Shown: positions 18,528-26,159 of the stretch, piece after piece
Layout: every line of letters begins with the position of its first letter
Numbering within the stretch: position 1 is the first letter of the stretch
From: a virus
Lineage: Duplodnaviria; Caudoviricetes
IMG/VR virus record: IMGVR_UViG_3300049169_000038
Location: 1-27,164 of that record
Strand: one strand, 5' to 3'
Length of the DNA: 27,164 nucleotides
Notes under the pieces: model-generated
The model's input: only the letters and a program-made list of their open reading frames with translations
Database searches by the model: none
Told to the model about the DNA's origin: nothing
Program-made: the position numbers and the translations under genes

Positions 18528-18655
18528 GACGAGGGCCGGGCAGCAGCTCTCCGGGTGCTGGAACACCTGGAGGCGCGCGCGCCGCCCGACCCTCTACGCC
18601 CCCGGAGCGCAGCAACGCTCTGGGCACTTGACCACGAGAGAGACGGAACCTCCTC

Positions 18656-18817
18656 ATGGACCAGCAGCACCTTAGCGCGCTCGAAAGCGCGCAGGTCAGC
18701 CCTACCCGCAGCCTAATCGCCGCAGGTATCGTCCGCCGCACGCCCGGCCGTACCACCACCGTGCGCGTCACCGCGGCCGGCGCCACCGGGATCATCGTCA
18801 AGGCGGTGACCCGATGA
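18656..18817 (+). CDS. Small hypothetical protein (53 aa, not in the ORF track)
   Basis: MDQQHLSALESAQVSPTRSLIAAGIVRR...KAVTR; its stop overlaps the GGDEF ATG (ATGA). Confidence 0.55.
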   Translation: MDQQHLSALESAQVSPTRSLIAAGIVRRTPGRTTTVRVTAAGATGIIVKAVTR

Positions 18818-19461
18818 GCAACCTGATCACCGCCCTCAGTGCCGCCGCGCCCCTCGCCTCGGGCTGGGCCTGGCACAGCCTCACCCTGCGCCGCCGCCTC
18901 CACGCCGCCCGCCGCGACCCGCTGTCCGGGCTGCCCACCCGCGCCGCGTTCGAGCAGCAGGCACAGCGCGCCCTCGCCCGCCGCCCGCACGCCGTGCTGC
19001 TGATCGACCTGGACGGCTTCAAGGCCCTGAACGACCGCTTTGGACACGCGGCCGGCGACGCGGCGATCCGTGCCACCGCCGCCAGCCTGACCGACGTCCT
19101 CGACGGCCACCGCGGCGCCCTCGCGGCCCGGCTCGGCGGCGACGAGTTCACCGCCGCCGTGCCATGGTCGGACGCCGCCACGCTGCCGTACCTGCTGGCC
19201 GGGCTGCACGGCGCGATCACCGCCCCGTTCCGTCACGCGGGCCGGGACCTCACCGTCGGCGCCTCCATCGGCGCCTACCTCACCACCGGCCTGCCCGCAC
19301 CGTCGCTGCCGCTCGCGCTGCGCCGGGCGGACGAGGCCATGTACGACGCCAAGCGCGCCAGCGGAGGCTGGCGCATCGCCGACGGGCCCGCACCGGCCCA
19401 CGCCACCAGCTGTGGCCGCCGCTCCGGCCGCCCCGGCACCACGGCAGGTGAGACCCGGTGA
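18814..19461 (+). CDS. Stand-alone GGDEF diguanylate cyclase
   Basis: RDPLSGL, IDLDGFKALNDRFGHAAGD, ARLGGDEF, ASIG, ADEAMY.AK. Confidence 0.92.
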   Translation: MSNLITALSAAAPLASGWAWHSLTLRRRLHAARRDPLSGLPTRAAFEQQAQRALARRPHAVLLIDLDGFKALNDRFGHAAGDAAIRATAASLTDVLDGHRGALAARLGGDEFTAAVPWSDAATLPYLLAGLHGAITAPFRHAGRDLTVGASIGAYLTTGLPAPSLPLALRRADEAMYDAKRASGGWRIADGPAPAHATSCGRRSGRPGTTAGETR

Positions 19462-19826
19462 GCACCGAACCCCGCACCGTCACCGTCAACGTCTTCGTCA
19501 CCAAGCCCCTGGAGATCGACGAGCCCGAGTGGTGCGCCGGCCACCCCGACGAGCGCGCCGGATACAAGGTCGACATCACCCATTACGGGCCCGAGCACAC
19601 CATCACCGCGCCGAGCGGCGAGGAACTGTTCCGCGCGATGCTCTCCCAGTCCCCGTTCTCCGGCGTCGACCGCACCATCGGCCTGTACGTCGAGACCGGC
19701 GACTTCACCGGCACCCGCACCCCGGACGAGGTCGAGCAACTCGCCGACGCTTTCGTGCAGGCCGCCGAGCAACTCCGTGCGCTGGGCCAGGAACTCGCCG
19801 AGGTCCTCGGGGGTGAGAGCCGGTGA
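19458..19826 (+). CDS. Hypothetical protein, DUF6907-like
   Basis: EPEWCAGH...H pattern and C-terminal TPDEVEQLADA helix; coupled at both ends. Confidence 0.7.
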   Translation: MSTEPRTVTVNVFVTKPLEIDEPEWCAGHPDERAGYKVDITHYGPEHTITAPSGEELFRAMLSQSPFSGVDRTIGLYVETGDFTGTRTPDEVEQLADAFVQAAEQLRALGQELAEVLGGESR

Positions 19827-20152
19827 CCACCACCAACCTGCCCGAGCCGGTGCGTGACCTGCTCGCCGCCCTCCTGGAGGCGATCGACCTCCCGCACCCG
19901 GCCACGACCGGCGGCACCGCGGCGCACGACCGGCTGCTCGCCACCCGCGTCGTGCACGCCCGGATCACCCTGCGCAACGTCCTCGACGCCGGACCCGACA
20001 TGGGCCCGGCCTGGTACGCGCGCTACCTGCGCGAGCGTCTCGCCGAGCACCCCATCACCGGGTACGTCACCGTCGACCAGGCGCACACCGCCCTCGAAGA
20101 GGGCAAGACCTGGGCCGAGGCCGTCACCCTCCCCGGGGGTGAAGGTCAGTGA
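19823..20152 (+). CDS. Hypothetical protein
   Basis: High-GC3 ORF with GTGA overlaps at both ends. Confidence 0.7.
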   Translation: MTTTNLPEPVRDLLAALLEAIDLPHPATTGGTAAHDRLLATRVVHARITLRNVLDAGPDMGPAWYARYLRERLAEHPITGYVTVDQAHTALEEGKTWAEAVTLPGGEGQ

Positions 20153-21465
20153 GCACCCGCAACCTCACCGCGTGGGCACAGGCCCACCCGCTGCCGGCGG
20201 CCCTCGCCGCCGCCGTCGCCCTGGCCGCGCTCGTCGCGCTCGTCGTGACCGGCCGCCGGGCCGCGCGCCGTACCCCGGCCGCCGTACTCGTGGCCTCCCT
20301 CGCCGCACTCGCCTGCACCGCCTACAGCGCCGACACCAGCTGGCGGTTCGCCGAGCACAGCCTCGGCATGGTGGCGACCGAGGAGCGCGCGGCGATGTTC
20401 GCCGCCGCCGAGCTCGCCCTGTTCGCCTGCGCCCTCATGGCCCGCCAGAACCTCCGCACCCGCGGCGCCCCGGGTACACCCGGCGTACTCGTCTGGGTGA
20501 TCACCGGAGTACAGGTCATCCCCGCGTACTCCGAGTCCGGCATCGTCGGAGGTACGGTCCGCGCGGTCGTCGGCCCCGTACTCGCAGCTCTGCTCTGGCA
20601 CCTCGCCATGGGCATCGAGCTGCGCCACGCCAAGCCGGACACCGAGTCCGCGTCCCTGCCCGCTGTTCTCGCCCGCGAGGTACGCGAACGGCTGCTGTCC
20701 CGGCTCGGCCTGGCCGTGCGGGACCGGTCGGCCGAGCAGATCTCCCGCGACCGCGCCACCGTCAAGGCCGTGGCCCTGGCCGCGAAGCTGTCCGAGATGC
20801 GGCCTGGTCAGCGTGGCCGTGCCCGTGTGGCCCGGCGCCTGTCGGTGGCCGTGGGCAAGGCCCAGGCCGGCGCCTCCGACGAACAGCGCGCGAAGCTCCT
20901 CGACCTGCTCGCCGCCCGCCGCCACGCCGCCGCGCTCGCCACCATCGACCTGCCGTCGCCGTGGCAAGCCGAGCCCGAGCCGATCGCCGAGTACACCGAG
21001 CCCGCTGAGGCTGAGCCTGTACCCGAGGCGTACCCGGCACCCTCGAACGCCGTACCCGAGGGCGCACGGCTGCTGCCGATCATCGCCCGGCCCAAGCCGC
21101 CGCGAAACGAAATCCGAAACGAAACCCCGGTGCCCGTACTCGCCGCCGAGGCGCCGCGTACCCGCGCCGAGGTACACGCCGAGTACGTACCCGAAGAGGT
21201 CCGGCAAGCGGACCACGAGTACCTGACGGGCGACGACCAGGCCGCCGAAGAGGGCAACCCCGCTCAGGAAGACCCGCTCACCCAACTCAGTCTCGACTGG
21301 GCTGCCGAGCAGTTCAAGGACGAGCTGCTGGCGGGCGAGATGCCGTCCATCCGCGCCATCAAGGCCCGGCTGCGCGTCGGCCAGGACCGCGCCAAGGAGA
21401 TCCAGGACGGCTTCCGGCAGGCGCAGGTCGCCTGGCGGCTCGCCGGAACGGGGGCCCGGTCATGA
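20149..21465 (+). CDS. Multi-pass membrane protein with a C-terminal HTH (Spd/DUF2637-like spread protein)
   Basis: Several N-terminal hydrophobic helices, Pro/Glu linker, C-terminal PSIRAIKARLRVGQDRAKEI wHTH-like motif; in the same operon as TraB. Confidence 0.75.
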   Translation: MSTRNLTAWAQAHPLPAALAAAVALAALVALVVTGRRAARRTPAAVLVASLAALACTAYSADTSWRFAEHSLGMVATEERAAMFAAAELALFACALMARQNLRTRGAPGTPGVLVWVITGVQVIPAYSESGIVGGTVRAVVGPVLAALLWHLAMGIELRHAKPDTESASLPAVLAREVRERLLSRLGLAVRDRSAEQISRDRATVKAVALAAKLSEMRPGQRGRARVARRLSVAVGKAQAGASDEQRAKLLDLLAARRHAAALATIDLPSPWQAEPEPIAEYTEPAEAEPVPEAYPAPSNAVPEGARLLPIIARPKPPRNEIRNETPVPVLAAEAPRTRAEVHAEYVPEEVRQADHEYLTGDDQAAEEGNPAQEDPLTQLSLDWAAEQFKDELLAGEMPSIRAIKARLRVGQDRAKEIQDGFRQAQVAWRLAGTGARS

Positions 21466-21761
21466 GCGACCTGGAGAAGGCCGCCCGCGAAGCGGTCGAG
21501 GCCGCCGACAACGCGGAGATGGTCCGGCAGATCGCCGCGATCCTCGCTGCCCAGCAGCTCCTCGCCCAGCAGCAGCCCGCGCCGGCCCCGGCCCGGCCCG
21601 AGTTCGACGCGAAGAAGTGGCTCGTCATCGGTGGCGTCGTCGTCTCCGTCGGCATGGTCGGCGCCCTGTTCGCCGTCGCCATCGCCATCGGCGCCGTGTG
21701 CGCCACCGCCTGCCTCCTCGTACTGCGCGGCATGTGGCGCGACATCCAGAAGGGTCGCTGA
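21462..21761 (+). CDS. Small membrane protein (SpdD-like)
   Basis: Long C-terminal hydrophobic stretch WLVIGGVVVSVGMVGALFAVAIAIGAVCATACLLVL; ATGA overlap. Confidence 0.7.
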   Translation: MSDLEKAAREAVEAADNAEMVRQIAAILAAQQLLAQQQPAPAPARPEFDAKKWLVIGGVVVSVGMVGALFAVAIAIGAVCATACLLVLRGMWRDIQKGR

Positions 21762-21762
21762 C

Positions 21763-21975
21763 ATGGGCATCTTCAACCGCCGCGAGACCGCTGCTGACGA
21801 CGACGCCCGCACCGGCCGCCTTCTGCAGGGCGTCGAGAACGCCTACGCCCAGCGGACCGGCGACCCGGTCGACGGCGGACCCCTCGACGAGTTCGAGGAG
21901 ACCGTTCTCGGCGCGTCCGTGCCGCCGCCCGGCGCGTCGTACCCGCCTCCCGGCCACGGCTACCCCCGCCGCTGA
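21763..21975 (+). CDS. Hypothetical protein (70 aa)
   Basis: MGIFNRRETAADDD...; ATG 1 nt after the previous stop; high GC3. Confidence 0.6.
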   Translation: MGIFNRRETAADDDARTGRLLQGVENAYAQRTGDPVDGGPLDEFEETVLGASVPPPGASYPPPGHGYPRR

Positions 21976-22057
21976 CCGGCTGCCCGCGGGTCCCGCCTCA
22001 CCAGCGGGGCCCAAGGGGAGCCGGGACAGCCCCGGCCCACCACCGAGAGGACACTCC

Positions 22058-22219
22058 ATGTTCGGCACCAGCCACCGCGCCTACGTCGCCTCCCGCGGCG
22101 AAGGCTACGGCCGCTACTCGTACACCGTCACCTGCTCCTGCGGCGCCCAGCTCGGCACCTACGGCAGCGACTCGGCCGCGAACAGGGCGGCCCGCCAGCA
22201 CGAGAAGGCGGGGAAGTGA
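22058..22219 (+). CDS. Small putative zinc-binding protein (53 aa)
   Basis: MFGTSHR...CSCG...AARQHE; RBS GAGAGGA. Confidence 0.6.
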   Translation: MFGTSHRAYVASRGEGYGRYSYTVTCSCGAQLGTYGSDSAANRAARQHEKAGK

Positions 22220-22422
22220 CCATGCCCGCCACGAACCACGACCCGCACACCCTCGGCGAGTTGGCCAAGGTGGTCGTCCTCGGCGCCCGCATCGCTCGCC
22301 GCGACGCCCGCGGCAAGGGCACCGCCCGCCTCGAACGGCGCGTCGAGCAGATCCGCGAGCAGGCCGAAGCCCGCGAGCGCGCCGAGCGGGAGAAGCGCGA
22401 GCAGGCCCGCAAGAAGAAGTAG
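22216..22422 (+). CDS. Small basic protein of the transfer operon
   Basis: GTGA overlap; LGELAKVVVLGARIARR followed by a charged helix. Confidence 0.65.
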   Translation: MTMPATNHDPHTLGELAKVVVLGARIARRDARGKGTARLERRVEQIREQAEARERAEREKREQARKKK

Positions 22423-22510
22423 GTACGCCACGGGGCGCCCGTACCCGGCACAGGTACACCCGGGCGCCCCGTGTCCCGGACCGCCCAACAGAACGACCGG
22501 AGGAACCAGC

Positions 22511-24601
22511 ATGACGGACACCGTCGTACCCGCGACCACCGAGGCTCCGAGTACGCCCGTACCCGCCGTACCCGAGCAGCCGGGTACGGTCCCGGCGCCC
22601 GTACCCGTCGACAACCCGAAGCTGCCCGCGCCTGGTGTCACCGACGAGAAGCGGAAACCGATCCTGCCCGCCTGGCTGCGGGACCGTACCGAGTTCGCCA
22701 CGGCCGCCAGGCACACCAGCAGCCGCCTCGGGTACGCCGCCGCCTACCACGGGGTACGCGCCCCCTGGTACGCCGTGCAGCTGGCCGCCATGTCCCCGCG
22801 CGGCGCCTGCCGCTTCATCGCCGGCACCAACCGATGGATCTGGGACCGGGAGGCCGCGCCGCTGCGCGACCACGCCGTGCGCACCGAGGACGTGGACGAG
22901 TACATGACCCTGGCCAGGCTGCGCGGCAACCGCGTCCGGCTGCGCGGCCTGGTCACGCTCGTCGCCGCGGTGTTCGGTACCGGCTTCGCCCTGTGGCTGT
23001 ACGTCATGGCCCCGGCATTCCTGTGGGCGTTCGCGGCCGGCGGGGTGCTGATCCTCGGCTACTTCGGCCAGCAGCCCGACGCCCCGGTCATCGGCCCGGC
23101 CGTGCTGCGCACCGAGTTGCAGAAGCTCACCGGCACGATCGTGCTGCGCGGCCTGGATTCCATCGGCAACCCGAAGATCAGTGCTGCCATCAAGAAGGGC
23201 GGCGACATGGACGGCATGCGCTTCACCTCGGAGATCGTCCGCGACGGACCCGGCTACCGCGCCGACCTCGACCTCCCGTATGGCGTCACCCCCGACGACA
23301 TCATGGAGAAGCGGGAGCAGCTCGCCTCCGGCCTGCGCCGCAAGGTCGGCTGCGTGTGGCCGTCCGGCGACCCCGACGAGCACGAGGGCCGCCTGGTGCT
23401 GTGGGTCGGCGACAAGCCGATGAACGAGACCAGCAAGCCGGCGTGGCCGCTGCTGAAGGACGGACAGGTCGACCTGTTCCAGCCCGTCGTGTTCGGCAAC
23501 GACCAGCGCATGCGCTGGGTCGAGGTCACCCTGATGTTCGTCGCAATCGTCATCGGGTCCGTGCCCCGCATGGGCAAGACGTTCCTGCTGCGGCTGCTGC
23601 TGCTCATCGCCGCGTTGGATCCGCGGGCCTGGCTGCTGGCGTTCGACCTGAAGGGGACCGGCGACCTCGGCGCTCTCGAACCCGTCGCGCACCGCTACCG
23701 GGCCGGTGAAGAGGACGAGGACATCGAGTACATCCTGCACGCGCTGCGGGAGATCAAGGAGGAACTGCGGCGCCGGGCGAAGGTCATCAAGTCCCTGCCG
23801 CGGTCCCGCTGCCCCGAGTCGAAGGTGACGCCGGCCCTGGCCAACGACAAGCGGCTCGGTCTACACCCGATCGTCCTCGGCATCGACGAGTGCCAGGTGC
23901 TGTTCGAGCACGAGAAGCACGGCGCCGAGATCGAATCGATCTGCACGGACATCACCAAGCGCGGCCCGGCGCTGGGCATCATCGGCATCTACGCCACCCA
24001 GCGGCCCGACGCGAAATCCCTGCCGTCCGGCATCTCCGCCAACGCGATCCTGCGGTTCTGCCTGAAGGTGCAGACCCACCAGGCCAACGACATGGTGCTC
24101 GGGGCCAGCATGTACAAGAGCGGGATCCGCGCGACCATGTTCAGCCGCCGCGACCTCGGTATCTGCTGGATGGCTGGCGAGGGCGACGACCCGCGCATCG
24201 TCGCCTCCGCGTTCGTTGACGCCCCGAAGGCCGAGCTGGTCGTCGCTCGGGCGCGGAAGATGCGCGAGGAGTACGGCAACATTACCGGCCACGCCCTCGG
24301 CGAAGGCCCGTCCGCCACGGTCGGTATGGACATCCTCGGCGACGTCCTGAGGGTCGTGGCCGCGAAGGAAGAGCAGGTGTGGAACGAGCGGGTCGCCGCC
24401 CGCCTCGCCGAGCTGCTGCCAGACGCCTACGGCGGGTGGACGGCCGTGAACGTCACCCAGGCACTCAAGCCGTGGGGCGTGACCATCCGCGACGTGTGGG
24501 GTGAGACCGACGACGGAGAGAAGGCCACCCGCCGCGGCTTCCGCAGGGCCGATGTCGTCGCCGCCGTGACCCGCCGAGAGGCCGACCGGCTCGCCTCCTG
24601 A
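22511..24601 (+). CDS. traB: TraB-like FtsK/SpoIIIE DNA translocase
   Basis: Two TM helices, deviant Walker A GSVPRMGKT, DLKG, Walker B IVLGIDECQ, ATQRP, C-terminal DNA-binding-like domain; RBS GGAGG. Confidence 0.88.
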   Translation: MTDTVVPATTEAPSTPVPAVPEQPGTVPAPVPVDNPKLPAPGVTDEKRKPILPAWLRDRTEFATAARHTSSRLGYAAAYHGVRAPWYAVQLAAMSPRGACRFIAGTNRWIWDREAAPLRDHAVRTEDVDEYMTLARLRGNRVRLRGLVTLVAAVFGTGFALWLYVMAPAFLWAFAAGGVLILGYFGQQPDAPVIGPAVLRTELQKLTGTIVLRGLDSIGNPKISAAIKKGGDMDGMRFTSEIVRDGPGYRADLDLPYGVTPDDIMEKREQLASGLRRKVGCVWPSGDPDEHEGRLVLWVGDKPMNETSKPAWPLLKDGQVDLFQPVVFGNDQRMRWVEVTLMFVAIVIGSVPRMGKTFLLRLLLLIAALDPRAWLLAFDLKGTGDLGALEPVAHRYRAGEEDEDIEYILHALREIKEELRRRAKVIKSLPRSRCPESKVTPALANDKRLGLHPIVLGIDECQVLFEHEKHGAEIESICTDITKRGPALGIIGIYATQRPDAKSLPSGISANAILRFCLKVQTHQANDMVLGASMYKSGIRATMFSRRDLGICWMAGEGDDPRIVASAFVDAPKAELVVARARKMREEYGNITGHALGEGPSATVGMDILGDVLRVVAAKEEQVWNERVAARLAELLPDAYGGWTAVNVTQALKPWGVTIRDVWGETDDGEKATRRGFRRADVVAAVTRREADRLAS

Positions 24602-24617
24602 GTCCCCCGAAACGGCC

Positions 24618-24702
24618 GCTAGGCCTAGCACCCCGCCCTGCTAGGCCTAGCAGCCCTGCTAGCACCCAATCCGGCCCCTGAGCAGGCAACTAGCGTCTAG
24701 CA
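24618..24702. repeat. CTAG-based repeat and palindrome cluster right after traB (clt-like)
   Basis: Seven CTAG in 82 bp; palindromes GCTAGGCCTAGC (24618-24629) and CTGCTAGGCCTAGCAG (24638-24653). Confidence 0.8.
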
Positions 24703-24753
24703 GGGGCGTCATCGAAACCCCGGGACCCGCCCGGAAGTGAGGGGAGACACCTC

Positions 24754-24978
24754 ATGCTGATCGCTATGGCCGCACTCGTTCTCGGGGCCGGCGGATACGC
24801 CGTGCTGTGCGCCGTGAAGCCGTTCGCACCGTGCCGTCGATGCTCCGGCGCGGGCGCCGTCGAGCGGTTCGGCAAGCCGCGGCTGTGCCCGCGCTGCCGG
24901 GGTCGGAAACTGCGGCTACGCGTCGGCCGTCGCGCCCACAATGCCTGGCGCCGCACCCACCAGGCCGGCACCCGCTGA
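24754..24978 (+). CDS. Small membrane-anchored protein with DnaJ-like CxxCxG zinc motifs
   Basis: Hydrophobic N-terminus, CRRCSGAG and CPRCRG; RBS GAGGGGAG. Confidence 0.72.
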   Translation: MLIAMAALVLGAGGYAVLCAVKPFAPCRRCSGAGAVERFGKPRLCPRCRGRKLRLRVGRRAHNAWRRTHQAGTR

Positions 24979-24992
24979 CCCATCATGGAGGC

Positions 24993-25193
24993 ATGGAGTC
25001 CCAGTACATCCGGCCCGGCCACCTCACCGCGCACCAGACCGCACGCGTCCTCGGCGTCACCCTCACCGGCCTCCGCAGCATCGTCCACCGCGGCCAGCTC
25101 ACCCGCTCCGGCGGCAGCCCCCGACAGCCCTGGTACGCCGCCAGCGACGTCGCCGCCCTCGCCGCCAAGCGCGCCCACCGGGCCGCCGCTTGA
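24993..25193 (+). CDS. Small HTH protein (MerR/Xis-like)
   Basis: LTAHQTARVLGVTLTGLRSIVHRGQL...WY...DV; preceded by GGAGG and CATCAT-N6-ATG. Confidence 0.72.
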   Translation: MESQYIRPGHLTAHQTARVLGVTLTGLRSIVHRGQLTRSGGSPRQPWYAASDVAALAAKRAHRAAA

Positions 25194-25264
25194 CCGCAGG
25201 TCACACACAGTGCAACGATCTCGGTGTACACCTGTGCCCGGAAGTGGGCATCACAGACGCACGA

Positions 25265-25300
25265 CGAAGCCCCGGCTCGGTCCCCCCGGCCGGGGCTTCG
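25265..25300. terminator. Strong hairpin downstream of a putative promoter
   Basis: CGAAGCCCCGGC-N12-GCCGGGGCTTCG, 12-bp stem; TTGACC-N18-AACGAT at 25190-25219 upstream. Confidence 0.55.
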
Positions 25301-25416
25301 CCGTGTCACGACACCGGCACGCAATCGCTTAGTCACAGGACGGACACAAGCAGTACACGCCTCCCTGACGCGGCACATGATGCTCCCTCAGAACTCGATC
25401 CCTGGGGGGACAGCAC

Positions 25417-25836
25417 ATGCGCATCCGCATCACCCTCGGCGCCCTCACCGCCGCCGCACTCCTCACGCTCACCGCCTGCGAGGACACCGAGGACACCAGC
25501 CCCACCAAGCCGGGCACCGACACCCCGGCCAGCAGCCCGGCCAAGCAGGACCCGGAACAGTCCGACACCGCCGAGACGGACACCGGCGCATCCGACGAGG
25601 CCCCGGCCGAAAACGCGGAACTCCCCAACCTCGTCGGCATGGACCTCCAGGCCGCACAGGACAAAGCGCAAGCCGCCGGCTTCTACAGCCTCGACGACCA
25701 GGACGCCAGCGGCCAGAACCGCCTGCAGGTCCTGGACCGCAACTGGATCGTGTGCAGCCAGAAGCCCGCGCCCGGCACACATCCGACGGACACTCTCGTC
25801 ACCCTGTTCGCAGTCAAGGACACCGAAAGCTGCTGA
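25417..25836 (+). CDS. Lipoprotein with a PASTA-like domain
   Basis: Signal peptide with lipobox LTAC, acidic linker, LPNLVGMDLQAAQ...VCSQKPAPG. Confidence 0.85.
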   Translation: MRIRITLGALTAAALLTLTACEDTEDTSPTKPGTDTPASSPAKQDPEQSDTAETDTGASDEAPAENAELPNLVGMDLQAAQDKAQAAGFYSLDDQDASGQNRLQVLDRNWIVCSQKPAPGTHPTDTLVTLFAVKDTESC

Positions 25837-25850
25837 CACCTCATTCGTCC

Positions 25851-25882
25851 AGGCCCGGCCGGCCTTCCCGCTGGCCGGGCCT
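25851..25882 (+). terminator. Hairpin after the lipoprotein gene
   Basis: AGGCCCGGCC-N12-GGCCGGGCCT. Confidence 0.5.
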
Positions 25883-25902
25883 TCGCACGCCCCGGAGGCC
25901 CC

Positions 25903-26157
25903 ATGCGAGAGCGTCGATGCCCCTACCAGTACCGGCACACTCCCCACGAGCACCAATCCGGCGGGGCCCCCGCCCAATGCGACGGACGCCCCGACGCTCC
26001 CCAGGAGCCCGAAGGCCTCCCGCCCGGCCTCCTCCTGAAGCTGACTGTTGCCGTCAGCGACGTCCTGGACGAGTGCCCCGAGCACAACACGTTCGCCCAG
26101 CACGAACACGTCGTGCACGAGGTCGTGGCCGCTGTGCTGCAACGCCTCCAGGAGTAG
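25903..26157 (+). CDS. Hypothetical protein
   Basis: RBS GGAGG; ends 2 nt before the HNH gene. Confidence 0.6.
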   Translation: MRERRCPYQYRHTPHEHQSGGAPAQCDGRPDAPQEPEGLPPGLLLKLTVAVSDVLDECPEHNTFAQHEHVVHEVVAAVLQRLQE

Positions 26158-26159
26158 GC

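Noticed and set aside
22511-24601. Chromosomal cell-division FtsK or type VII secretion EccC
   Set aside because: Single ATPase domain inside a mobile element next to Spd-like genes; no WXG100 or other secretion genes.
7369-25193. bldA-dependent TTA codons in element genes
   Set aside because: The TTA/TAA triplets I checked (for example 18672, 16740, 24282, 8912) are out of frame; the check was by eye and not exhaustive.
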